Below are positions 18,415 through 26,351 of a DNA stretch of 64,000 nt, in pieces; position 1 is the first letter of the stretch; every line of letters begins with the position of its first letter. The notes beneath the pieces were generated by a model, which did no database searches, was not told the origin of the DNA, and saw only the letters and a list, made by a program, of their open reading frames with translations. The position numbers and the translations under genes are program-made. The stretch lies in the NCBI RefSeq assembly GCF_027532025.1, contig NZ_JAPZSY010000052.1, positions 377 to 64,376 of the forward strand. Direction: 5' to 3'. The stretch comes from Inhella sp. (GTDB lineage Bacteria; Pseudomonadota; Gammaproteobacteria; Burkholderiales; Burkholderiaceae_C).

Positions 18415-20457
18415 TCAGGCACGTCGCCAGGGACCCGGATCGCTGGGGTGGGCCTGGGCCCACTCGGCCAAGCGGGCTTGCAGGGTGTCAGGGGCGCGTT
18501 GTGCCATCGAAAACATGGGGCCGCCGCGCCAGCGCGGGAAGCCGTATCCGGCGAGGTAGACCACGTCCACATCACCCGCACGAAGGGCGATGCCCTCGTC
18601 GAGCAAAGCCCGGCCCTCCATGCCCAGGGCCAAGAGCAAGCGGTCCACGATCTCGTCGTCTGGCACCGCACGCGCCGGGCGCCCCAGGCGCTCGCGGTGC
18701 GTGGCCACCAGCGCCTCAACGGCTGGAGAAGGCGTGCCCTGGCGCGAACCCGGCGCGTAGTCGTACCAGCCGCCACCCGTTTTCTGGCCGAAGCGCCCGG
18801 CCTCGCACAAGGCGTCGGCCAGGGGCTGGGGCCACACGGTCTTGCCGTCCTTCAAACGCTGCTGGCGCACGCGCCAGCTCACGTCGTTGCCGGCCAAGTC
18901 GCCCATGCGGAAAGGTCCCATCGCGAAGCCCCAGGCCTCGATGGCGCGATCGACCTGTTGCGGGGTGCAGCCCTCGTCGAGCAGGAACAAGGCCTGCTGC
19001 AGGCAAGGCTCGAGCATGCGGTTGCCGATGAAACCGTCGCACACGCCCGAGACCACGCAGGTCTTGCCGATGCGCTTGCCGAAGTCCAGCGCGGTGGCCA
19101 GAACCTCGGGGGCGGTGGCGGCACCGCGCACCACCTCCAGGAGCTTCATCACCGCTGCGGGGCTGAAGAAATGCAGGCCCAGCACGTCGGCAGGGCGTTG
19201 GGTGACGGCGGCGATTTGGTCCACATCCAACGTGCTGGTGTTGCTGGCCAAGATCGCACCGGGCTTGCAAACGGCGTCCAGGCGGCGGAACACCGTCTGC
19301 TTGAGCGCCATGTCTTCGAACACGGCTTCGATCACCAAATCCGCCTGGGCCAAGGCATCGTCGGCGGTGGCGGGCTTCAGGTTGGCGCGCAAGGCGGCGG
19401 CGCGCTCAGCCTGAAGCCGACCTTTGTCCACCTGCGCCTGCAGATGCTTGTCGAGCGCCGCCACCCCACGGGCCAGAGCATCGGCCTGCGGCTCGATGAG
19501 GTCCACCTGCAAGCCCGCCATCAGGCAGGCGGTGGCGATGCCGCTGCCCATGGTGCCCGCCCCAATCACGGCCACCTGGGCCACGGCGCGACGGGGGGTG
19601 CTGGCGTCGATGCCGGGCACCTTGCCAACAGCCCGCTCGGCGAAGAAGGCATGGCGCAGCGCGGCGCTGGCCTCGGTCGCCATCAATCGCTCGAAGCCGG
19701 CCCGCTCGGCCTGGAGGCCTTGCGAGAACGGGCGGTCGAGCGAGGCAGCGATGGCCTCCACGCAGGCCAATGGCGCCGGGTAGGGCAACGACGCCGCCTG
19801 GGCCCGCGCGGCCTCCAAGGCGGCGGCATCGGGGGCAACGCTGCGCTCGCTCAGGCGCGGGCAGGTGGCGGCCGATCGGGCGTAGGCCACAGCGCGCTCG
19901 CGCAATTCAGCCGCCGGCACGCAAGCGTCGATCAGCGCCTGGCCGGGCACCGCGACGAGCTTGGCCGCGCGCTGCGGCGCCCCGCTGGTGATCATCTGCA
20001 AGGCCAGCGCCAAGCCCAGTGCCCGGGGCAGACGCTGCGTGCCGCCGGCACCCGGCAGCAAGCCGATGTTCACCTCGGGCAATCCCAGTTGGGCATCGTC
20101 CGCCACCACCCGGTGATGGCAACACAGGGCCAGCTCCAGCCCGCCGCCCAAGGCCAGGTGATTGACGGCCGCCACCACAGGCTTGGTGCAGGCTTCGATG
20201 CGCTGGGTCAAGGCGGGCAGGTGGGGCTCGGCGAAGGACGCGGCCGTGCCGAACTCGCGGATGTCGGCCCCCCCCGAAAAGGCCTTGCCCTCGCCGGTGA
20301 TCACCAGGGCCTGCACCGACGGGTCGGCCTCCAAACGCTCCACCGCCTGCCACAGGGCCGTTCGCAACGGGTGGGAGAGCCCATTCACGGGCGGGTTGTT
20401 CATGACCAGGACGGCGACGCCGTCCACCAGAGTCTCAGTCAGCAAGGGGGTTGTCAT
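18415..20457 (-). CDS. Bifunctional enoyl-CoA hydratase / 3-hydroxyacyl-CoA dehydrogenase (FadB/FadJ-like)
   Basis: ATG at 20457 (MTTPLLTETL). Crotonase part: ALVITGEGKAFSGGADIREF. NAD-binding part: VAVIGAGTMGSGIA. The product is 680 aa. Confidence 0.92.
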   Translation of the reverse strand: MTTPLLTETLVDGVAVLVMNNPPVNGLSHPLRTALWQAVERLEADPSVQALVITGEGKAFSGGADIREFGTAASFAEPHLPALTQRIEACTKPVVAAVNHLALGGGLELALCCHHRVVADDAQLGLPEVNIGLLPGAGGTQRLPRALGLALALQMITSGAPQRAAKLVAVPGQALIDACVPAAELRERAVAYARSAATCPRLSERSVAPDAAALEAARAQAASLPYPAPLACVEAIAASLDRPFSQGLQAERAGFERLMATEASAALRHAFFAERAVGKVPGIDASTPRRAVAQVAVIGAGTMGSGIATACLMAGLQVDLIEPQADALARGVAALDKHLQAQVDKGRLQAERAAALRANLKPATADDALAQADLVIEAVFEDMALKQTVFRRLDAVCKPGAILASNTSTLDVDQIAAVTQRPADVLGLHFFSPAAVMKLLEVVRGAATAPEVLATALDFGKRIGKTCVVSGVCDGFIGNRMLEPCLQQALFLLDEGCTPQQVDRAIEAWGFAMGPFRMGDLAGNDVSWRVRQQRLKDGKTVWPQPLADALCEAGRFGQKTGGGWYDYAPGSRQGTPSPAVEALVATHRERLGRPARAVPDDEIVDRLLLALGMEGRALLDEGIALRAGDVDVVYLAGYGFPRWRGGPMFSMAQRAPDTLQARLAEWAQAHPSDPGPWRRA

Positions 20458-20465
20458 GTCGCGTT

Positions 20466-22064
20466 TCAAAAAAGGGTGTCGACCAGCGCGCGAAGCTCGC
20501 GCTTGTCGATGTCGCCATTGCCCAACTTGGGCATCTCCGGGAAGCACAGCGCTTGCACCGGGCGCTGCCAGTCGGCCACCCGCCCTGTGAACAGGGCGAG
20601 CAACTCGTCAGGGGGGGGAGTCCCGCCAGACCGCGCCACGACGATCAACAGCGGGCGCTCCCCGTGGACCTCGTCGGCCTGGGCGATGACCGCGGCCTCG
20701 GCCACTCGGGGGTGCAACAGCGCGATGCGCTCCAACTGCCGGGCGCTGATCCACTCACCGCCACAGCGGATGAGGTCCTTCTTGCGATCCGTCAGGGTCA
20801 CGCGCCCATCGGGACCGATGCGACCGATGTCCCCGGTGGGCAGCCAACCTGGGTCGTCGTCAACGGCGATGAGCGGTGAATCGGGCTCGCCCAGGTAAGC
20901 GTCCATGGTCCACGGGCCGCGCGCAACCAGCTCTCCCTCGGCGACATCGTCCCGCGGCAGGCTGCGACCCCGATCGTCCACGATGGCGATCTCCACGCCG
21001 AAGCATGTCCGCCCCTGCGGCAATCGGCCATCGCGATCGGGCACCAGCAAGTCTCCCCTGGCCACCAGGGCGGGCGGCGCCAATTCGGTCATGCCCCAGG
21101 TGTGCACCACGTCCAAGCCCGGACGCTGGCGCAATCGGTCCAACAACGCAGGGGGGAACGATGCACTGCCCACGGCTGCACAGCGCAAGGTTGGGATCGT
21201 CGCGCCCGTGGCATCCAGGTGGTCCAACAGGGCTTGCCACACCGTGGGCGGCCCAGCGGCGATCGTCACCCCCGTCCCCACCATGGCGCGCACCAAGTCA
21301 GCGGCAGCCAGCCCAGGCGGCACCATCGTGAGTTGCGAGCCGATGAGTGCCGAGCACAGGCACAAGGCCCAGCCACCGCTGTGGGCCACAGGCAGCAGAG
21401 GCATCAAGGTGTCGATGTGAGCGATGCCGTAGGCATCCGGAAAGGCGGCCGCCATGGCCTGCAGGATGCAAGCCCGGTGGCTGATGGGCACCCCTTTCGG
21501 CCAGCCGCTGCTCGCCACGCGAAAGGCGATCAAGGCAGTGCTGTGTTCATCCACCCTCGGCCAGCGCCAGTCGGGGTCGTCCATTCCGAGCAACGATTCC
21601 GCGTCCATGGGCGCCAAGCCCCAACTGGGCGGTGGCAGGGCATCGGGCCCGCCCAGTTGCACGTAGTGCTTGACGCTGCCCATCTGCAGTTGCATGGCTT
21701 CCACCAGCGGAGCCAGTTCCGGGTCGAACACCAGCGCCTCAGCCTGCGCTTGGTTCACCGCATAGATCAACTGCTCAGGAAACTGGCGCGGATTCAGGGT
21801 CAGCGCTTGGCGACCACTGGCCGCCGTGCCCAGCACCGCCTCCAGCAGACCTTGCGCGTTCCAACCCAGCAAGGCCACCACGCTGCCGGCTGGCTGCTCC
21901 AGGCGGTCCCAAGCCTGCCCCCACTGGCGGGCCCGTCGCTCGACTTGGGCCCAACTGCCCGACCCGATGCGGCCGTCACCCCCCACGGTGTGGATGCGCT
22001 TGGCGCCGTGCTCGCGGCTGGCGTGGCGCAGCAGATGACCCAGGTCCAGGGGGATGTTCATCAT
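20466..22064 (-). CDS. AMP-dependent acyl-CoA synthetase/ligase
   Basis: 532 aa with an adenylation motif variant (SSGWPKGVPISH), GWLPTGDIG and DRKKDLI. Only 8 nt separate it from the fadB-like start. Confidence 0.88.
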   Translation of the reverse strand: MMNIPLDLGHLLRHASREHGAKRIHTVGGDGRIGSGSWAQVERRARQWGQAWDRLEQPAGSVVALLGWNAQGLLEAVLGTAASGRQALTLNPRQFPEQLIYAVNQAQAEALVFDPELAPLVEAMQLQMGSVKHYVQLGGPDALPPPSWGLAPMDAESLLGMDDPDWRWPRVDEHSTALIAFRVASSGWPKGVPISHRACILQAMAAAFPDAYGIAHIDTLMPLLPVAHSGGWALCLCSALIGSQLTMVPPGLAAADLVRAMVGTGVTIAAGPPTVWQALLDHLDATGATIPTLRCAAVGSASFPPALLDRLRQRPGLDVVHTWGMTELAPPALVARGDLLVPDRDGRLPQGRTCFGVEIAIVDDRGRSLPRDDVAEGELVARGPWTMDAYLGEPDSPLIAVDDDPGWLPTGDIGRIGPDGRVTLTDRKKDLIRCGGEWISARQLERIALLHPRVAEAAVIAQADEVHGERPLLIVVARSGGTPPPDELLALFTGRVADWQRPVQALCFPEMPKLGNGDIDKRELRALVDTLF

Positions 22065-22167
22065 GGTCGGTCGATCTTAGGGGCGCCCCCAGGGGCCCCG
22101 ACCGGGCTGGGCCTACGGATTCACCCGCCCCCGTAAACTTGTGCGCTTGACAACTCGGTTCACGCGC

Positions 22168-22575
22168 ATGAGCGATTACCCCGTGACCAAGCCCGACGCC
22201 GAGTGGCGCGAGCAACTCGACCGCGTGCACCCCTTGGCTTACGCCGTGACCCGCCAAGCTGGGACTGAACGTGCCTTCACGGGCGCGTTTTGGGACCACT
22301 GGGGGCACGGCCGCTACCTGTGCGTGGGCTGTGGAACCGCCCTCTTTACCTCGGACACCAAGTTCGACGCCGGATGCGGATGGCCCAGCTACACCGAGCC
22401 GCTGGACAACGACGTGGTGGAACGCGTGGTGGACCGCAGCCACGGCATGGTGCGGATGGAGGTGCGTTGCAAGCGTTGCGGCTGCCATTTGGGTCATGTC
22501 TTCCCCGATGGCCCTGAGCCCACGGGGGAGCGCTTTTGCATCAATTCCGTGTCCCTGACTTTCCAGCCCGAATGA
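22168..22575 (+). CDS. msrB: Peptide-methionine (R)-S-oxide reductase MsrB
   Basis: ATG at 22168 ([17 protein letters not shown]). Zn-binding CxxC pairs (CVGCG, CKRCGCH), GHVF, and catalytic RFCINS. Confidence 0.93.
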   Translation: MSDYPVTKPDAEWREQLDRVHPLAYAVTRQAGTERAFTGAFWDHWGHGRYLCVGCGTALFTSDTKFDAGCGWPSYTEPLDNDVVERVVDRSHGMVRMEVRCKRCGCHLGHVFPDGPEPTGERFCINSVSLTFQPE

Positions 22576-22588
22576 GCGCGAGCCCGCC

Positions 22589-23215
22589 TTGAAATTGCTT
22601 CTCGACTTCCTGCCCCTGGGCTTGTTTTTTGCCGCCTTCAAGTACGGGGAAATCCACCGCGAGTGGGCCGCCGCTTGGTTGAGCGCTCAGTTCGGCTTCA
22701 TGGTGGCGGGCGGCACCATCGGCGCGCAAGAGGCGCCCACCTTGCTGGCCACCGTGGTGGTGGTCGCCGCCACCCTGCTTCAGGTGCTGATCCTGAAGGC
22801 ACTGCGCCACAAGATCGACCTCATCCTGTGGGTGAGCTTGGGCCTGGTGGTCGTGCTGGGCGCCCTCACGCTCTACTTCCACAGCGAGACCTTCATCAAA
22901 TGGAAGCCCACCGGCTTGTACTGGGCCATGGCCTTGGCCTTTTGGGCCAGCCAGCGCTTTTGGGGCCGGAACCTGCTTCAAGCCATGCTCAAGGACGTGG
23001 AACTGCCCGCCACCATTTGGCGGCGCATGAACGCCATGTGGCTGGCCTTCTTCGCGGCCATGGGCGTGCTGAACCTGGTGGTGGCATATGGCTTCTCCAC
23101 CGGCACCTGGGCCACCTTCAAGGTGTTTGGCGCCACGGGGCTGATGCTGCTGTTCACGCTGGCGCAGGGCCTGTACCTGTCGCGCCACCTCCCCCCCAAC
23201 GAGACGACCCCATGA
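22589..23215 (+). CDS. yciB: Intracellular septation protein A (YciB/IspZ family)
   Basis: TTG start. The product (M)KLLLDFLPLGLFFAAFKY ... FIKWKPTGLYW ... FKVFG parallels E. coli YciB along its whole length. Confidence 0.88.
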   Translation: MKLLLDFLPLGLFFAAFKYGEIHREWAAAWLSAQFGFMVAGGTIGAQEAPTLLATVVVVAATLLQVLILKALRHKIDLILWVSLGLVVVLGALTLYFHSETFIKWKPTGLYWAMALAFWASQRFWGRNLLQAMLKDVELPATIWRRMNAMWLAFFAAMGVLNLVVAYGFSTGTWATFKVFGATGLMLLFTLAQGLYLSRHLPPNETTP

Positions 23216-23478
23216 GAGCGCGTTTGGACGAGTTGGGCGAACTGCTGCACGACGCCCTGAGCCCCACCAGCATCGCCTGGCAAGACGACAGCCACCTGCA
23301 TGCCGGCCACGCCGGTGCTCGCGAGGGCGGGCACTACCGCCTGCACATCGTGAGCCCGCGATTTGCCGGGCTGAGCCGAATCGCCCGCCACCGGCTCATC
23401 TATGATGCCTTGGGCCCTTTGGCTGAGCGGGGCATTCACGCGTTGCAAATCGACGCCCGCAGCCCCGACGAGCCGTGA
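23212..23478 (+). CDS. BolA-family protein
   Basis: The ATG at 23212 overlaps the yciB stop (ATGA). The 88-aa product has a BolA-like core (HLHAGHAGAREGGHYRLHIVSPRFAGLSRIARHRLIYDAL). Confidence 0.85.
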   Translation: MRARLDELGELLHDALSPTSIAWQDDSHLHAGHAGAREGGHYRLHIVSPRFAGLSRIARHRLIYDALGPLAERGIHALQIDARSPDEP

Positions 23479-23554
23479 GCCTCCGTGCGGCGCTGACGCG
23501 CCGCGTTCGTTCCCCGCCTACCGGCGGTCTTCCACACCGTTCCAGCCTCACCCG

Positions 23555-24337
23555 ATGAAATCCACCCTGCTCGCCGCCGCCATCGTCGCGGTCGCCTTTG
23601 GCGCTCAAGCGCAAAACGTCGCCATCGTCAACGGCAAGCCGGTGCCCAAGGCCCGAGTCGAAACCATCATCAGCCAAGTGACCAAGGGCGGCCAACCGCG
23701 CTCGCCCGAACTGGAGCGTCAGGTGCGGGACGAGGTCGTGAACCGCGAGATCCTGATGCAAGAAGCCGAGCGCCGCGGCGTGCCGGCCAGTGCCGACTAC
23801 AAGGCGCAAATCGAACTGGCGCGCCAAGCCATCCTCATCCGCGAATTGCAAAACGTCTACTTCAAGACCAACCCGATCAGCGACGTCGAGGCGCTGGCCG
23901 AGTACAACGCCGTCAAGAAGGCTCAGGGCGGCCAGGAATACCGCGCACGGCACATCCTGGTGGAGACCGAGGCCGAGGCCAAGGACATCATCGGCAAGCT
24001 CAAGCTGGGCGCCAAGTTCGAAGACCTGGCCAGCAAGAGCAAGGACCCCGGCTCGGCCGCTCGCGGTGGCGACCTGGACTGGGCCAATGCCAATGCCTAC
24101 GTCCCCGAGTTCAGCCAAGCCATGGTGGCCCTGAAGAAGGGCGAAATGACCGAAACCCCGGTCAAGAGCCAGTTCGGCTACCACGTCATCCGCTTGGACG
24201 ACACGCGCGAGATCCAGTTCCCAGCCTTCGACGACGTGAAGCCGCAAGTGATCGAACGCCTGAAGCAGGTCAAGTGGAACGAGTTCCAAGCCAACCTGCG
24301 CCAAGCCGCCAAGACCGACTACAAGTTCGGTCAGTAA
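23555..24337 (+). CDS. Periplasmic parvulin-type peptidyl-prolyl isomerase (PpiC/SurA-like)
   Basis: The ATG at 23555 gives the signal peptide MKSTLLAAAIVAVAFGAQA. The rotamase domain is present (YRARHILVETEAEA ... GGDLDW ... QFGYHVIRLDD). Confidence 0.88.
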   Translation: MKSTLLAAAIVAVAFGAQAQNVAIVNGKPVPKARVETIISQVTKGGQPRSPELERQVRDEVVNREILMQEAERRGVPASADYKAQIELARQAILIRELQNVYFKTNPISDVEALAEYNAVKKAQGGQEYRARHILVETEAEAKDIIGKLKLGAKFEDLASKSKDPGSAARGGDLDWANANAYVPEFSQAMVALKKGEMTETPVKSQFGYHVIRLDDTREIQFPAFDDVKPQVIERLKQVKWNEFQANLRQAAKTDYKFGQ

Positions 24338-24360
24338 GCCGCCCTGCCACCGACCAGAGA

Positions 24361-24394
24361 AGCCGCCCGAGCCTCGCGCCCGAGCGGCTTTTTT
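24361..24394 (+). terminator. Intrinsic terminator after the ppiC-like gene
   Basis: AGCCGC ... GCGGCT stem with an internal CGAG/CTCG pairing, followed by T6 (24389-24394). It ends 1 nt before the next start codon. Confidence 0.5.
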
Positions 24395-24395
24395 C

Positions 24396-24971
24396 ATGCC
24401 CGCCTCCAAACTCGCCCGCCGTTGGCTGCCGACGCCCGACAAGCTCGCCCAAATCAAGGGGCTCGCCTGGCTCGGGCACTACCTGGCCCCACGTCCCTGG
24501 CTGTGGGTGGCTCACCGCCGTCGGGTGGCCTGGGGGGTGGCGGTCGGGCTGGCCGTGGGCGTGATTCCGCTGCCGGTGCAAATGCTGCTGGCGGCTTTGG
24601 CTGCCGTGCTGTTGCGCTGCAATGTGGCGGCCGCCGTGGCCGCCACCTGGCTCACCAACCCGTTCACTCTGGTGCCCATCTGGGGCTTTGCCCTGTGGCT
24701 GGGCAGTTGGGTGATGGACCCAGGCGCCGTAACCAGCACCCCAGCCATGCTGGCCTTGGATTGGCTCAGCCCCGGCACGTGGTGGCCGGCCTTCGTCACC
24801 TGGATCAGCGCCATGGGCCCCGCCTGGGCGGTGGGCATGCCCATGGCCGCCGTGGTCTTGGGGGCGGCGGCCTACGCCGTCACTTATGTCGCGTGGTGGG
24901 GCGTGATCCGCTTCGAGCGCTGGCGGCGCCTGCGGGCGCGAACGCGGGCGAGCCCCCCCACCAACCGCTGA
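24396..24971 (+). CDS. DUF2062-family membrane protein
   Basis: 191 aa. RRVAWGVAVGLAVGVIPLPVQMLLAALAAVLLRCNVAAAVAATWLTNPFT matches the DUF2062 pattern as I recall it. Confidence 0.7.
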   Translation: MPASKLARRWLPTPDKLAQIKGLAWLGHYLAPRPWLWVAHRRRVAWGVAVGLAVGVIPLPVQMLLAALAAVLLRCNVAAAVAATWLTNPFTLVPIWGFALWLGSWVMDPGAVTSTPAMLALDWLSPGTWWPAFVTWISAMGPAWAVGMPMAAVVLGAAAYAVTYVAWWGVIRFERWRRLRARTRASPPTNR

Positions 24972-24988
24972 GGGGCCCGTCTGGTCCC

Positions 24989-25660
24989 TCAGACCAGACG
25001 ACCGGCCTCGATGCGCAAGCGACGGTCGCAGTGCGCCGCCAACCGTTCGTCGTGCGTGACGAGTACCAGGGTGGTGCCCGACTCGCGATTGAGTTCGTCC
25101 ATCAAGGCCATGACTTGAGCGCCCGTGGCGTGGTCCAAGCTGCCCGTGGGTTCATCGGCCAGCAGCAAGGCAGGCTTCACCACAAAGGCCCTCGCCAGGG
25201 CGACGCGCTGCTGCTCGCCGCCTGACAACACGCGAGGGCGGTGCCGCAGGCGCTCGCCCAGACCGACGCGCTCCAGCATGACCCGCGCCAGCGACTCGGC
25301 ATCGCGCTCGCCGCGCAGTTCCAGGGGCAGCATCACGTTTTCGAGCGCCGTGAGGTTGGGCAAGAGCTGAAAACTCTGGAAGACGAAACCCATGGTCTCG
25401 GCGCGCAGCCGGGCGCGGCCATCCTCGTCCCGGGCGAACAAGTCCTCCCCTCGGATTTTGACGGTGCCGCCACTGGGCGTGTCCAGGCCGGCCAGCAGGC
25501 CCAGCAAGGTGCTCTTGCCCGACCCCGAAGCGCCCACGATGGCCACCGATTCCTGTGCCTGCAAGGTGAATGACAGCGCATGCAGAATGGTCAGCTCGCC
25601 CGAGGCATCGCGAACGCGTTTGCTGAGGTCTTGAACTTCGACGAGAGGAACTTCGGCCAT
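24989..25660 (-). CDS. ABC transporter ATP-binding protein (YbbA/LolD-like)
   Basis: ATG at 25660 (MAEVPLVEVQDL). Walker A GASGSGKST, signature LSGGEQQR, Walker B LLLADEPTG. Divergent from the tesA-like gene, as in E. coli. Confidence 0.9.
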   Translation of the reverse strand: MAEVPLVEVQDLSKRVRDASGELTILHALSFTLQAQESVAIVGASGSGKSTLLGLLAGLDTPSGGTVKIRGEDLFARDEDGRARLRAETMGFVFQSFQLLPNLTALENVMLPLELRGERDAESLARVMLERVGLGERLRHRPRVLSGGEQQRVALARAFVVKPALLLADEPTGSLDHATGAQVMALMDELNRESGTTLVLVTHDERLAAHCDRRLRIEAGRLV

Positions 25661-26309
25661 GGTGCGGGTGATGCGGCGACGGGCTTGGGTGGCGCACTGT
25701 AGCGGCGCCGCTTTGGGTCTCGGCCTGTGGGGCCATGCGGCGGCGCAGGGGCGATCGCCCACCCTGCTCGTGGTGGGCGACAGCCTTTCGGCCGAGTACG
25801 GCATCGCCCGCGGCAGCGGCTGGGTGGCCCTGCTGGAAGAGCGCCTGAAGGCCCAAGGGCGCCAGGCTCAGGTGGTCAACGCCAGCATCAGTGGCGACAC
25901 CACCAGCGGCGGCCGCGCACGGTTGCCCGCGCTGCTGACACAACACCGACCGACCCACGTGATCATCGAACTCGGGGGCAACGACGCGCTGCGCGGCATG
26001 CCGCTGAGCCTGACGCGGGACAACCTCACCGCCATGGTTCGCACCAGCCGCGCCGCCGGGGCGCGGGTGCTGCTGGTGGGCATGCAGATGCCGCCCAACT
26101 ACGGGCAGCGCTACGCCCGAGACTTCGCCGCGCTGTTCGGCGAGGTGGCCAGGGCGGAGAAGGTCGCGCTCGTGCCGTTCTTGCTGGCTGGGGTGGCCGA
26201 TCGCCCCGATGCCGAAGCCTGGTTCCAGCCCGATCGGATCCACCCCCTGGCCAAGGCGCACCCGGTCATGCTGGAGACGGTCTGGCCGGCGCTGAAACGC
26301 CTGTTGTAG
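25659..26309 (+). CDS. tesA: SGNH/GDSL arylesterase-thioesterase (TesA-like)
   Basis: Signal-like N-terminus, GDSLSAEYG (GDSL block), GGNDALRG, and DRIHP near the C-terminus. The start could be 25659 or the ATG at 25671. Confidence 0.86.
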   Translation: MVRVMRRRAWVAHCSGAALGLGLWGHAAAQGRSPTLLVVGDSLSAEYGIARGSGWVALLEERLKAQGRQAQVVNASISGDTTSGGRARLPALLTQHRPTHVIIELGGNDALRGMPLSLTRDNLTAMVRTSRAAGARVLLVGMQMPPNYGQRYARDFAALFGEVARAEKVALVPFLLAGVADRPDAEAWFQPDRIHPLAKAHPVMLETVWPALKRLL

Positions 26310-26333
26310 CGCCTGTTGTAGTGCCTGTCGAAG
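26298..26333 (+). repeat. 12-bp tandem duplication spanning the tesA stop codon
   Basis: CGCCTGTTGTAG occurs at 26298-26309 and again exactly at 26310-26321. A degenerate third unit, TGCCTGTCGAAG, lies at 26322-26333. Confidence 0.9.
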
Positions 26334-26351
26334 CGCCGACCGGCCCGGGCT

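Noticed and set aside
20621-20628. G8 homopolymers inside coding regions (20621-20628 in the acyl-CoA synthetase gene, 2282-2289 in the MFS gene) as phase-variation switches
   Set aside because: They encode Pro-Pro-Pro / Pro-Gly runs, which are expected by chance at this GC content. There is no evidence of alternative frames producing functional products.
17395-20898. 1167-aa ORF on the + strand, the longest in the track
   Set aside because: It is entirely antisense to the MCP, fadB-like and acyl-CoA synthetase genes, which carry unmistakable motifs. Its translation is low-complexity A/G/R/H/L/V-rich with no recognisable domain, the typical stop-free shadow frame of a high-GC genome.
25658-25661. 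CATG where the divergent ybbA-like and tesA-like start codons overlap; the same occurs at 28834-28837 for def and the MBL hydrolase
   Set aside because: It would leave no promoter space. In both cases an in-frame downstream ATG (25671 and 28853) gives an equally good or better N-terminus, so the overlap is probably an ORF-calling artefact rather than biology.
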